A stretch of DNA of 64,000 nucleotides from an uncultured Eubacteriales bacterium (GTDB lineage: Bacteria > Actinomycetota > Coriobacteriia > Anaerosomatales > CAVRZR01). The stretch's first letter is position 1, and each line of letters opens with the position of its first letter. The stretch is from NCBI GenBank assembly GCA_964354215.1, contig CAYGYT010000003.1, forward strand, positions 20,272 through 84,271, read 5' to 3'. The position numbers and the translations under genes were made by a program. Shown here piece after piece: positions 18,215 through 27,787 of the stretch. The notes beneath the pieces are model-generated. The model ran no database searches. It was not told where the DNA came from and worked only from the letters and a program-made list of their open reading frames with translations.

Positions 18215-19984
18215 ATGTTCGATGCCCGCTATTCCATCCGCACCCGTGTCGCCGGTGCGCTTCGTGCGGCCGACGTCGGCGAGACGGTGACGCTCGCCGG
18301 CTGGGTGGCCAAACGCCGCGACCATGGCGGGCTCATCTTCGTAGACCTCCGGGACCGGAGCGGCATCGTGCAGTGCACGTTCGACCCCGACAGTGGCGCG
18401 GAGGCCTTCGCGCTCGCCGAGCGCGTGCGACCCGAGTGGGTCATCGAGCTCAGCGGCGATGTGCGGCACCGACCGGTCGGCACCGTGAACGCGGCGATGC
18501 CCACCGGCGAGGTCGAGATCGCAGTCACCTCCGTTCGCGTGCTCAACACGAGCGAGACGCCGCCCTTCGAGATCGAGACCGGGATCGACACCGACGAGCT
18601 CACGCGAATGCGCTGGCGCTACCTCGACATCCGTCGACCGGAGGTCTTCTGGGCGCTGCAGCTTCGCGACCGGGTCACGCAGCGCTTCCGCAAGTCGCTC
18701 GAGGCTCGAGGCTTCATGGAGGTCGAGACGCCGATCCTCACGAAGTCAACGCCCGAGGGCGCGCGCGACTTCATCGTTCCGAGCCGCATGAGCGCGGGCA
18801 AGTTCTACGCGCTGCCTCAGTCACCGCAGCTGTTCAAGCAGTTGCTCATGGTCGCCGGCGTCGAGCGGTACTACCAGATCGCGCGGTGCTTCCGCGACGA
18901 GGATCTGCGTGCCGACCGGCAGCCCGAGTTCACGCAGGTGGACATCGAGATGTCGTTCGCCACCCAAGAGGACATCATCGCACTGATGGAGGACGTCATG
19001 CGGGAGGTCATGGCCGAGGCAGGCGCTGACCTCGAGACGCCCCTTCGGCGGATTTCCCACGCCGATGCGATGGACCGTTTTGGCTCCGACCGCCCGGATA
19101 CCCGCGTCGGCATGGAACTCGTCGATGTGAGCGGGGTCTTCTCGGCGAGCGAATTCAAGGTCTTCTCAGGTGCGCTTGCCTCCGGGGGCGTCATCAAGGG
19201 GCTGAGCGCACGCGGTGCGGGCGACTTCGCCCGCAGCCGCATAGATGCGATCAACCAGGTCGCGATCGACGCGGGTGCGAAAGGGCTCGCGTGGGTCGCG
19301 TTCACGAGTGAGAGCGAGGTGCGCTCGCCCATCGCCAAGTTCTTCAGCGACGAGGAGATGACCGGGCTGCGCGCGGCCTTCGGCGTTGAACCGGGCGATC
19401 TCGTCTTGATGCTTGCGGATGCGCGGGATGTCTCCAACGAGGTCCTCGGCGTGCTGCGGCTCAAGATGGCTGACGAGCTCGAGGTCGAGCGCAGTGGTTT
19501 CGATACGCTCTGGGTCGTCGACTTCCCGATGTTCAAGTGGGATGCCGAGGACGAGCGCTACGCCGCCAATCATCACCCCTTCACGCAGCCCTTCGCGGAA
19601 CAGGTCGACAAGATCGAGTCTGAGCCCCTCGAAGTGCTCTCGCACAGCTACGACCTCGTCATGAACGGCCTAGAGATTGGTGGCGGAACCCTGCGTATCT
19701 TCGATCCGGCGCTTCAGCGGCGGGTTCTCGCACGCCTCGGGCACTCCGAGACCGAGGCCGAGGAGAAGTTCGGGTTCCTGCTCGAGGCGCTCTCGATGGG
19801 AGCACCGCCGCATGGCGGCATCGCGCTCGGTCTCGACCGCCTCGTCATGATCCTCGCGGGTGCTCAGTCGATTCGCGACGTCATCGCGTTTCCGAAGACC
19901 TCATCGGGTGCGGATCCCATGACCGGTGCGCCTGAGGCCGTCTCGGCGCGGCAGCTCAAGGAAGCTCACCTGCGCGCCGATTGA
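18215..19984 (+). CDS. aspS: aspartate--tRNA ligase
   Basis: 589 aa. OB fold (GLIFVDLRDRSG), QSPQLFKQLLM, FRDEDLRADRQPEFTQ, and the C-terminal GLDRLVM motif. Confidence 0.97.
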   Translation: MFDARYSIRTRVAGALRAADVGETVTLAGWVAKRRDHGGLIFVDLRDRSGIVQCTFDPDSGAEAFALAERVRPEWVIELSGDVRHRPVGTVNAAMPTGEVEIAVTSVRVLNTSETPPFEIETGIDTDELTRMRWRYLDIRRPEVFWALQLRDRVTQRFRKSLEARGFMEVETPILTKSTPEGARDFIVPSRMSAGKFYALPQSPQLFKQLLMVAGVERYYQIARCFRDEDLRADRQPEFTQVDIEMSFATQEDIIALMEDVMREVMAEAGADLETPLRRISHADAMDRFGSDRPDTRVGMELVDVSGVFSASEFKVFSGALASGGVIKGLSARGAGDFARSRIDAINQVAIDAGAKGLAWVAFTSESEVRSPIAKFFSDEEMTGLRAAFGVEPGDLVLMLADARDVSNEVLGVLRLKMADELEVERSGFDTLWVVDFPMFKWDAEDERYAANHHPFTQPFAEQVDKIESEPLEVLSHSYDLVMNGLEIGGGTLRIFDPALQRRVLARLGHSETEAEEKFGFLLEALSMGAPPHGGIALGLDRLVMILAGAQSIRDVIAFPKTSSGADPMTGAPEAVSARQLKEAHLRAD

Positions 19985-20283
19985 TGTGGTATGCGACTAC
20001 GCGCGCAACGAGCACGCGTGGCGTATCCTCCCGGCGCGGGACGCGTTGTGAGGGTCCAGGAGAGGGAGTAAACTCGATACGGCTTCGCCTTGCTGGTGAC
20101 TTCGACAGATACGGTCGAACCAACACTTCTGAAACGGGAGCCTCATCATTCCGCGGCGGACAGGAATCCCGGAGCGGGAAGCTGGAAGCCGATGGTGCGG
20201 GCACCCACCTGCTGAGGCAGGTTCACCGTGTCGAAGACACAGCAAGGCGGGGCACACCTATCCACAGTAGTGGAGGCAGCACG

Positions 20284-20904
20284 ATGCGCAGCAGAATCGT
20301 AGCAGTGATCCTTGCACTCGCTCTTGCACTCACGGCGGCACTCCTCGTTGGCTGCGGTGGCGGCGATGACGGCGTGGAGCAGCCCACCACGACAGGTCAG
20401 GCTCCGGTGACACCGCCCGCTCCCGCGGGGACGGAGGCTGCTGCACCGGCTGATCGGTCTCCGACCGAGACCGTCGTGTACGAGCCATTTCCCACAGACC
20501 CCGCGATTACACCAGAGCCGGTTCTGCAGCTGCTCCAAGCCAAGCAGCCGATGATGGTGTACTTCTACGACTCGACTCAGAAGACCACGAACGACGAGGC
20601 CAAGGGCATCGATGACAAGGGCGGGATCGAGGAGATCATGTCCCAGTACCGCGGGGCCATCGATCTCGTGTCGTTCGACATCGGTCGCTTCATCACAACG
20701 AAGCCCGACGGCTCGATCACGGTCGATCCGGCATTCGCCGAGGACGCCGCGGCGCAGCAAGCCGCCGCACTTACGGCGGAGCTCGGCGTCAAGTTCACGC
20801 CGTACGTTGTCATCGTCGACGGCGAAGGCTACATCATCGCCCGCTTCCGCGGCTGGGACGACTACAAGGATCTCGAGCGCGAGGTGCTGCGCGCCACGAG
20901 CTAG
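20284..20904 (+). CDS. lipoprotein with a thioredoxin-like C-terminal region (no CxxC)
   Basis: Signal peptide plus lipobox LLVGC. A Pro/Thr/Ala linker follows, then MMVYFYDS ... VVIVDGEGYIIARFRG. Start set at the ATG at 20284, because the upstream 100 codons of the ORF do not look coding. Confidence 0.6.
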   Translation: MRSRIVAVILALALALTAALLVGCGGGDDGVEQPTTTGQAPVTPPAPAGTEAAAPADRSPTETVVYEPFPTDPAITPEPVLQLLQAKQPMMVYFYDSTQKTTNDEAKGIDDKGGIEEIMSQYRGAIDLVSFDIGRFITTKPDGSITVDPAFAEDAAAQQAAALTAELGVKFTPYVVIVDGEGYIIARFRGWDDYKDLEREVLRATS

Positions 20905-20913
20905 GCGTGCCCT

Positions 20914-22278
20914 ATGGACAGCCTCTTTGACGAGCAGGCCGATGCAGCACGCGCGGCGGTCGCCCCGCTTGCTGTGCGGATGCGGCCGCAGAGCCTCTCG
21001 CAGTTCGTCGGACAGACCGACGTCGTCGGACCCGGCACGTGGCTTCGGCGTGCGATCGAGGACGACTCCCTCTCCTCACTGATCCTCTACGGCCCTGCAG
21101 GCACCGGGAAGACCAGCCTCGCACGTGTCATCGCTGCGGAGACAACTGCGCACTTCGAGGAGGTCTCCGCCGTGTCCTCCGGGGTCGCCGAACTCCGCCG
21201 CTTGATCGAGGCCGCGGCCGACCGTCTCGCTCTGTCGGGTCGGCGCACCATCCTGTTCGTCGACGAGATCCACCGCTTCTCGAAATCCCAGCAGGATGCA
21301 CTGCTCCACGCCGTCGAAGACCGGCTCGTCGTGCTCATCGGCGCCACCACCGAGAACCCGTTCTTCGAGGTGAACGCGCCACTCATCAGCCGCTCGCGCA
21401 TCGTCCAGCTCGAGCTGCTGTCCGACGACGAGATCCGTCTCATCGTCCGACGCGCGCTCCAAGATGAACGCGGACTCGCGGGGGCGGTGATACTCGACCC
21501 AGATGCCGAGGACCAGGTTGTGCTTACCGCGGGTGGAGACGCGCGCGTCGCGCTCACCACGCTCGAGATCGGGGCGGCACTCGCCAGCCCGGCCGAGGAC
21601 GGCGTGCGCCACGTGATCCTCGGGCAGGTACGCGAGGCCACGCGGACGCGACAGCTTCCGTACGACAAGACCGGCGACGTCCACTACGACGTCATCTCCG
21701 CCTTCATCAAGTCGATGCGCGGCAGCGACCCCGATGCGGCGGTCTACTGGCTCGCGCGGATGATCGAAGGCGGCGAGGACCCGAAGTTCATCGCGCGTCG
21801 CATCCTCGTATTCGCCTCCGAGGACGTGGGCAACGCCGATCCACACGCGGTGCTCATCGCGCATGCGGCATTCAAGTCCGCAGAGGCGATCGGCTGGCCG
21901 GAGTGCCGCATCAACCTCTCACAAGCTGCCGTGTACATGGCGCTTGCCCCGAAGAGCAACGCGTCGTATCGAGCAATCGACGCGGCGCTCGCAGAGGTGC
22001 GGGGTGGTCCGGCGCGCGCTGTGCCCAGCCATCTGCGGGATCGGCATCGTCCCGGCGCCGAGAGCTACGGCCCGTACCGATACCCGCACGACTACCCCGG
22101 AGCGCAGGTCAAACAACAGTACCTCCCGGACGGTCTGCCCGGTGGGGCCTTCTGGCGTCCGTCGGACAGGGGCTGGGAGGCCGCGCGCTCCTCGGCGGCG
22201 GGGGTCTTGGAAGGCACCGGACACGATGGCTTCGAGCCGGTCGATCCGGCCTCGGGCGACGTCCCGCCGGGGGAGTAG
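20914..22278 (+). CDS. rarA: replication-associated recombination protein A (RarA/MgsA AAA+ ATPase)
   Basis: Walker A GPAGTGKTSLA, Walker B LFVDEIHRF, and the MgsA C-terminal block YDVISAFIKSMRGSDPDAAVYWLARM. Confidence 0.93.
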   Translation: MDSLFDEQADAARAAVAPLAVRMRPQSLSQFVGQTDVVGPGTWLRRAIEDDSLSSLILYGPAGTGKTSLARVIAAETTAHFEEVSAVSSGVAELRRLIEAAADRLALSGRRTILFVDEIHRFSKSQQDALLHAVEDRLVVLIGATTENPFFEVNAPLISRSRIVQLELLSDDEIRLIVRRALQDERGLAGAVILDPDAEDQVVLTAGGDARVALTTLEIGAALASPAEDGVRHVILGQVREATRTRQLPYDKTGDVHYDVISAFIKSMRGSDPDAAVYWLARMIEGGEDPKFIARRILVFASEDVGNADPHAVLIAHAAFKSAEAIGWPECRINLSQAAVYMALAPKSNASYRAIDAALAEVRGGPARAVPSHLRDRHRPGAESYGPYRYPHDYPGAQVKQQYLPDGLPGGAFWRPSDRGWEAARSSAAGVLEGTGHDGFEPVDPASGDVPPGE

Positions 22279-22291
22279 CTCGGGAGGCCTC

Positions 22292-22300
22292 TGCTACACT
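22292..22300 (+). promoter_or_regulatory. extended -10 promoter TGcTACACT upstream of the DUF948 gene
   Basis: Read directly. It sits about 35 nt upstream of the GTG at 22336, which has an AAGGAAG SD. Confidence 0.3.
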
Positions 22301-22335
22301 GGTCGGGTCGAAACGGGCGGACCCAAGGAAGCGCC

Positions 22336-22692
22336 GTGAACTCGGTCCTAACCGCCGCGCTCCTGCTCACAGCCATCGCGTTGTGCGCGACCGGGATTTG
22401 GGCCCTCGTCCGTGTCGGCGCTGCCTCGCGCTCAGTCCAGATCCTGGCCGACGACCTCGAGGAGAGGCTCGTCCCGCTTCTGGACAAGGCTGACGTAACG
22501 GTCGACGCGATGAATGCGGAGTTGCTTCGAGTCGACATGATCGTCACGCAGGTCGAGGACGTGTCCGAACGGGTTGCGTCCGCCTCCAACGCCGTGCATA
22601 CGATCGTCAACGCGCCGGTTGGAGCGGTGAACGAGCTCAGCGAGCGACTTCGCAAGGCGATGTCGTCGGCGAAGAAGGCGCGCGAGCACTAG
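22336..22692 (+). CDS. DUF948-like membrane-anchored coiled-coil protein
   Basis: N-terminal TM helix followed by a helical region (LVPLLDKADVTVDAMNAELLRVD ...). Family assignment is from memory of the architecture. Confidence 0.65.
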   Translation: MNSVLTAALLLTAIALCATGIWALVRVGAASRSVQILADDLEERLVPLLDKADVTVDAMNAELLRVDMIVTQVEDVSERVASASNAVHTIVNAPVGAVNELSERLRKAMSSAKKAREH

Positions 22693-22730
22693 GTCGGCCG
22701 CGGCAAGCAGGGCCACGCTCGGAGGGAACC

Positions 22731-23132
22731 ATGTCTAGAGACCGCATCACCCTCACCGTTCCGGCAAAGGGAGAGTACGCCAAGACCGTCAGGATGACGG
22801 CGGCTGCTCTCGCGAGCCGCATGGACCTGTCATACGACGACGTCGACGATGTGCGCATCGCTGCCGAGGAGGCCTTTGTCTACGCGTGCGACGCCGAGCC
22901 CGAATCGGGTGAGGTCGTGATGCACTTCCTCATTGGCGAGGGCGTCATCGAGATCGAGGTCCCCGTCGCCGCAGGCTCGCGCTCTTCGAGCGAGGATGCA
23001 GAGCGCCGGAGCGCGTACGCCACGTTCATCCTCGAGTCGGTGTGCGACCGCTATGAGCTTTCCTCCGACGAGACGGGGGCGTGGCTTCGGCTCGCCAAGC
23101 ATGCCAGCCCTGTGAGCGCGGATGCCGGTTAG
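22731..23132 (+). CDS. anti-sigma regulatory factor-like protein (degenerate HATPase/RsbW-type fold)
   Basis: 133 aa, overlapping the start of the downstream SigB-type sigma gene. It shows an RsbW-like layout (TLTVPAKGEYAKTVRMTAAAL ... IAAEEAFVYA), but the N-box Asn and the DxGxG box are not recognisable. Confidence 0.55.
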   Translation: MSRDRITLTVPAKGEYAKTVRMTAAALASRMDLSYDDVDDVRIAAEEAFVYACDAEPESGEVVMHFLIGEGVIEIEVPVAAGSRSSSEDAERRSAYATFILESVCDRYELSSDETGAWLRLAKHASPVSADAG

Positions 23133-23904
23133 AGGACGACAGCCCCAGACTCGCAAGCTCTCCTGGGACAAGGCCTACACCCGAGAGCTGTTCCGTCGCT
23201 ACCGTCTCGACGACGACGAGGCAGCGCGCGACGAGCTCATCACGATGTACTTGAACCTCGTGAAGTACCTCGCGAGCCGCTTCCGCAACCGCGGCGAGCC
23301 TATCGACGACCTGGTGCAAGTCGGAACCATCGGGCTCATCAAGGCAATCGACCGGTTCGACACCGACCGGCAGGTCGAATTCACTACGTATGCGACGCCG
23401 ACCATCGTGGGCGAGCTCAAACGCTACTTCCGCGACAAGGGGTGGGCCATCAAAGTCCCGCGTCGCCTCCAGGAGCTCTCCTTCAAAGTGAACCAGGCGG
23501 TCGACGCGCTCACACAGAGGAACCAGCGATCCCCAAGCATCGGCGAGATCGCCGAGTACCTCGGCGTGACCACAGAAGAAGTCCTCGAGGCCATGGAAAC
23601 CTCGGAGGCATACAACTTCGTGTCGCTCGAGAGCGATCGCGGCATGGACGGTTCGGACACCTTCAGCATTCTTGAGTACATCGGCAAGGACGACGCGCTG
23701 ATGTCGGTCGTCGACGACCGCACGACGCTCGCGTTCGCGCTCAAGCAGCTCACGCCGCAGGAGCAGCGCGTCTTGTATCTGCGCTTCTTCGAGGGCCTCA
23801 CGCAGACCGAGATCGCGCACCAGCTCGAGATCTCCCAGATGCAGGTGTCCCGGCTGCTCAGGCGCACGCTCCGCATCCTGCGCGAGAACGTCGTGAAGGA
23901 CTGA
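23122..23904 (+). CDS. RNA polymerase sigma factor, SigB/SigF/SigG subfamily
   Basis: Regions 2.x (DDLVQVGTIGLIKAIDRFD), 3 and 4.2 (LTQTEIAHQLEISQMQVSRLLRR) are present. About 260 aa. Confidence 0.9.
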   Translation: MPVRGRQPQTRKLSWDKAYTRELFRRYRLDDDEAARDELITMYLNLVKYLASRFRNRGEPIDDLVQVGTIGLIKAIDRFDTDRQVEFTTYATPTIVGELKRYFRDKGWAIKVPRRLQELSFKVNQAVDALTQRNQRSPSIGEIAEYLGVTTEEVLEAMETSEAYNFVSLESDRGMDGSDTFSILEYIGKDDALMSVVDDRTTLAFALKQLTPQEQRVLYLRFFEGLTQTEIAHQLEISQMQVSRLLRRTLRILRENVVKD

Positions 23905-23909
23905 GCGGG

Positions 23910-25094
23910 ATGGCCGACGAAACCAGCCGGGCGGCGCGGGTGCGCACGACCGCGTTCGCGGTGTGGACCGCGATCGGCGTCATCGTGCTCATCGCGGTCG
24001 GCGGCTGGATCATCGGGCGAATCGCCGCGGCGCTGGCGCCGTTCATCATCGCCGGCATCATCGCGTTCTTGCTGCACTCCCCGGTTAACTGGCTCGAGCT
24101 GCGCGGCACGTCGCGGGGCTGGGCGGTCATCCTGTGCTTCGTCGTCGCCCTGGTAGTTCTTGTCATCGCCGCTATCTTCCTCTTCCCGCCGATCGCGCAG
24201 CAGGTGCAGGAGTTCTCCCTGGCGGTTCCGGACTACCTCGCACAGGCGCAGCGCATCCTCGACGAACTACAGCGGCAATACAGCGCAGTCGTCATACCCA
24301 CCTGGATCCGCAACATCGTGAGCACGGCCGCTTCCGATATCGGCACGTTCATGACGCGGATTGCGGAGAGCGCCGGCAGTATCATCCTAGCCGCAGGAAC
24401 CGGCGTCGTTGCCGGTCTGCTCGACATCTTCCTCGCCTTGGTTCTGGCGTTCTGGCTGCTCAAGGACCTGCCAACCATCCGGCGGGAGCTCGAGAACCTG
24501 GCCGGTCCGCGATTCGAAGACGACGCTGAGATACTCGTCTCGACGGTCGATCGGGTCGTCGGCGGATACCTCAAAGGGCAGACCATCGCATCGTTCGTGA
24601 CCGGAACGATGGCGACGATCGGCCTTGCGCTCATCGGCGTCCCCTATGCCCTCGTGCTCGGCATCTTCACGTTCTTCTTGAACTACATCCCGTACGCTGG
24701 GCCGCTCATGGCCGCGATCATTGCGGGTACGGTCGGGCTCTTCGTGAGTCCCTTGACGGCGCTCCTCGCCGTAGCGGTCATCATCGCGGCTCAGAACCTG
24801 ACCGACAGCCTCGTCACGCCGAAGGTCATGTCGCGCCAGGTGAACCTGCATCCCACCCTCGTCATCTTCTCGCTCCTGGTGGGCGCTACTCTCTGGGGCA
24901 TCGTCGGCATGATCTTCGCCATACCACTGGCCGCGCTCGTGCAGGGCCTGTTCGTCTACTATTACGAACGTCGCACGCGGCGACAGCTGTCGAGTGAGAG
25001 CGGGGCTCTATTCAAGAGCCAGTGTCCGCCCGAGGACGAGCCGTGTGACGATGATGCCGACTCCCCGGCGGATGACGCATCGCCAGGTGAGTGA
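23910..25094 (+). CDS. AI-2E family (PerM/YhhT-like) transporter
   Basis: 394 aa, about 8 TM. FLNYIPYAGP and LTDSLVTPKVM motifs are typical of the family. Confidence 0.85.
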   Translation: MADETSRAARVRTTAFAVWTAIGVIVLIAVGGWIIGRIAAALAPFIIAGIIAFLLHSPVNWLELRGTSRGWAVILCFVVALVVLVIAAIFLFPPIAQQVQEFSLAVPDYLAQAQRILDELQRQYSAVVIPTWIRNIVSTAASDIGTFMTRIAESAGSIILAAGTGVVAGLLDIFLALVLAFWLLKDLPTIRRELENLAGPRFEDDAEILVSTVDRVVGGYLKGQTIASFVTGTMATIGLALIGVPYALVLGIFTFFLNYIPYAGPLMAAIIAGTVGLFVSPLTALLAVAVIIAAQNLTDSLVTPKVMSRQVNLHPTLVIFSLLVGATLWGIVGMIFAIPLAALVQGLFVYYYERRTRRQLSSESGALFKSQCPPEDEPCDDDADSPADDASPGE

Positions 25095-25153
25095 AGCGCC
25101 CGAGCGGGCACGCAGGCCGCAGGCAGGTACATGACCCCCGAAGGAGTCGGCAC

Positions 25154-27781
25154 GTGAAGTCCGCCGAGATTCGCGAGAGCTTCCTCTCGTACTTCGAGAG
25201 CAAGGGCTGCACGCGACAGCCGTCGTCCTCCCTCATACCGGACGACCCGTCACTGCTGCTCACAACCGCCGGCATGGTGCAGTTCAAGCCCGTGTTCCTC
25301 GGCACCAAGACGCTCGGCTTCACACGCGCGACGACCGTGCAGAAGTGCGTACGCACGACCGACATCGACATCATCGGCACGACGGGCCGGCACCACTCGT
25401 TCTTCGAGATGCTGGGCAACTTCAGCTTCGGCGACTACTTCAAGAGCGAGGCGTGCGCCTGGGCGTACGAGTACTCAACCGACGTTCTCGGACTCGATCC
25501 GGAGCGGCTGTGGTACTCGATCTTCGAGGACGACGACGAGGCCGAGACGATATGGGCAGAGGAAGTCGGTGTTCCGCGCGAGCGCATCGTTCGCATGGGT
25601 GCGAAGGACAACTTCTGGTCGGCGGGTCCCACCGGTCCGTGCGGTCCGTGCTCGGAGCTCTACTACGACCAAGGTCCTGAGCTCGGGTGCGATTCCCCCG
25701 ACTGCGCGCCCGGGTGCGACTGCGATCGCTACCTCGAGTACTGGAACCTCGTATTCATGCAGTACGACCGCCAGGAGGACGGCTCGCTCGTTCCCCTGCC
25801 CAAACAGAACATCGACACAGGCATGGGCCTCGAGCGTGTCGCCGCTATCTTGCAGCACGTGAGCTCGAACTTCGAGACAGACGTGCTGCGGTCGATCATG
25901 TCCGAGGCCGAGGCGATCACGGGCGCCACGTATGGTGTCGGCGAGAAGACCGACACGAGCCTGCGCATCCTCGCCGACCACAGCCGCGCGGTGGCGTTCC
26001 TTATCGCCGACGGCGTGCTGCCCTCCAACGAGGGGCGAGGTTACGTACTTCGCCGCCTCTTGAGACGAGCGGTCCGTCACGGGCGACTTCTCGGCGTGAC
26101 GGACCCGTTTCTCGGCAGGCTCACGCGCCTTGTGATCGAGCTCATGGGTCCCGCGTATCCAGAGGTCGTCGAGCACCGCGAGCTCATCAGCGGCATCGTG
26201 CAGGCTGAGGAGCAGCGCTTCGGCGCGACGCTCCGGCAGGGGATGGCATTCCTCGAAGACGAGCTTGGACTGCTCTCCGAGTCCGGCGGTGGGGTACTCG
26301 ACGGGCGCACTGCCTTCGCGCTTCACGACACGTACGGATTCCCCGTCGAGCTCACCGCCGAGATCGCCGCCGAGGCGGGCGTGTCCGTTGACATGGACGC
26401 GTTCGCGAGCGAGATGGAAGCGCAGCGCGAGCGTGGCCGGGCGGGCGTCAAGGACGAGTCGTGGTCGACCTTCGGCGGCGTGTGGTCCGAGATAGCCGAC
26501 TCGACAGGTCCGGGCGAGTTCGTGGGGTACTCCGTCGACGACACGGATGCCACGGTTGCTGCGATCGTCTCTGAAGGCAGTCTCGTGTCCGAGCTCGCAC
26601 CTGGCCATCACGCGGAGGTCGTGTTGGACCGAACGCCGTTCTACGGCGAACAGGGTGGGCAGGTCGGCGACACCGGCACTATCCGGGGTGAGCGCGCGCT
26701 CTTCCGCGTCGACGACACGAAGGTCCCGTTGCCCGGCATCGTGGCCCAGGTCGGTGAGCTCACTGAAGGCACGCTGCGCGTCGGCGATACCGTGCACGCA
26801 GCGATAGACGTCATGCGGCGCGAACGCATTCGGCGCAATCACACCGCCACCCACCTGCTTCACTGGGCCCTGAGGCTCATCCTCGGCGAGCATGTGAAGC
26901 AGTCGGGCAGCTACGTTGCGCCCGATCGCCTGCGATTCGACTTCACTCACTTCGAGGCGATGACACCTGAGCAGCTCGCGAAAGTCGAGCGGCTTGCGAA
27001 CGCCAAGGTGATGGAGAACCACGTCGTGCGAGCCTACGAGACATCGCTTGCGACGGCGCGCGAGTCAGGCGTCACCGCGCTGTTCGGCGAGAAGTACGGC
27101 GACTTCGTACGCGTGCTCGAGGTCGGCAACTTCTCGAAAGAGCTCTGCGGCGGGACTCACGTCGCGCGTACGAGCGAGATCGGCCTGCTGAAGGTCATCG
27201 CCGAGGGGAGCGTGGGCGCGAATCTTCGACGAATCGAGGCGGTGACGTCGTTCGACGCGCTCGAGTACCTGCGGACCGAAGAGCAGGAGCTTGCCGAGGC
27301 TGCCGCGGCGCTCAAGGTGCAGCGCTTCGACGTCGCCGAGAGGACCGTAACGCTCGTCAAGCGTGTGAAAGAGCTCGAGACGCAGCAGTCACGCACGAAG
27401 GAAGCACTTTCGCAGGCCGAGATCTCGGATCTCACCGATGTGGCTGTCGATGTGGGCTACCCGCTCGTGATCGCCAGAGTGCCGTCGGTTGAGGCTGCCG
27501 GGCTCCGGGCGCTCTGGGACATCGTGCGCGCGCGCATGGGAGGCGGTGCGGTCGTGCTCGCGACGGTGACGCCCGAGGGCAACGCGCCGCTCCTTCTGGC
27601 GGCAGGGTCGAAGGAGGCCGTCTCGGCCGGGTTCGACGCTGGTGCCGTGATCCGCACGATCGCTCCGTCGGTCAGAGGCGGCGGCGGCGGCAAGCCTGAG
27701 ATGGCCCAGGCCGGCGGCAAGGACGCCTCGGGCATCGACGAGGCGCTGCGACTCGCTCGCGAGACGTTCGGCGTCGGGTAG
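25154..27781 (+). CDS. alaS: alanine--tRNA ligase
   Basis: GTG at 25154 with an AAGGAG SD 8 nt upstream. FESKGC, HHSFFEMLGNFSFGDYFK, editing-domain HTATHLLH, and a C-terminal DHHA1-like GGGGGKPEMAQAGG. Confidence 0.97.
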   Translation: MKSAEIRESFLSYFESKGCTRQPSSSLIPDDPSLLLTTAGMVQFKPVFLGTKTLGFTRATTVQKCVRTTDIDIIGTTGRHHSFFEMLGNFSFGDYFKSEACAWAYEYSTDVLGLDPERLWYSIFEDDDEAETIWAEEVGVPRERIVRMGAKDNFWSAGPTGPCGPCSELYYDQGPELGCDSPDCAPGCDCDRYLEYWNLVFMQYDRQEDGSLVPLPKQNIDTGMGLERVAAILQHVSSNFETDVLRSIMSEAEAITGATYGVGEKTDTSLRILADHSRAVAFLIADGVLPSNEGRGYVLRRLLRRAVRHGRLLGVTDPFLGRLTRLVIELMGPAYPEVVEHRELISGIVQAEEQRFGATLRQGMAFLEDELGLLSESGGGVLDGRTAFALHDTYGFPVELTAEIAAEAGVSVDMDAFASEMEAQRERGRAGVKDESWSTFGGVWSEIADSTGPGEFVGYSVDDTDATVAAIVSEGSLVSELAPGHHAEVVLDRTPFYGEQGGQVGDTGTIRGERALFRVDDTKVPLPGIVAQVGELTEGTLRVGDTVHAAIDVMRRERIRRNHTATHLLHWALRLILGEHVKQSGSYVAPDRLRFDFTHFEAMTPEQLAKVERLANAKVMENHVVRAYETSLATARESGVTALFGEKYGDFVRVLEVGNFSKELCGGTHVARTSEIGLLKVIAEGSVGANLRRIEAVTSFDALEYLRTEEQELAEAAAALKVQRFDVAERTVTLVKRVKELETQQSRTKEALSQAEISDLTDVAVDVGYPLVIARVPSVEAAGLRALWDIVRARMGGGAVVLATVTPEGNAPLLLAAGSKEAVSAGFDAGAVIRTIAPSVRGGGGGKPEMAQAGGKDASGIDEALRLARETFGVG

Positions 27782-27787
27782 CCGCCC

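Noticed and set aside
20158-20221. SRP (4.5S) RNA-like stretch in the aspS-lipoprotein gap.
   Set aside because: There is only a loose resemblance to the helix-8 CAGG...GGAA...AGCAGC pattern. The apical loop would be a GAG triloop instead of a GNRA tetraloop, and the flanking helix cannot be drawn convincingly. It is kept only as an unassigned-RNA candidate.
25095-25153. T-box leader upstream of alaS, and likewise upstream of hisS at 16714-16907.
   Set aside because: The alaS spacer is only ~60 nt. Neither region contains a T-box sequence (AAnnnGGGUGGUACCGCG-like) or a specifier/terminator arrangement.
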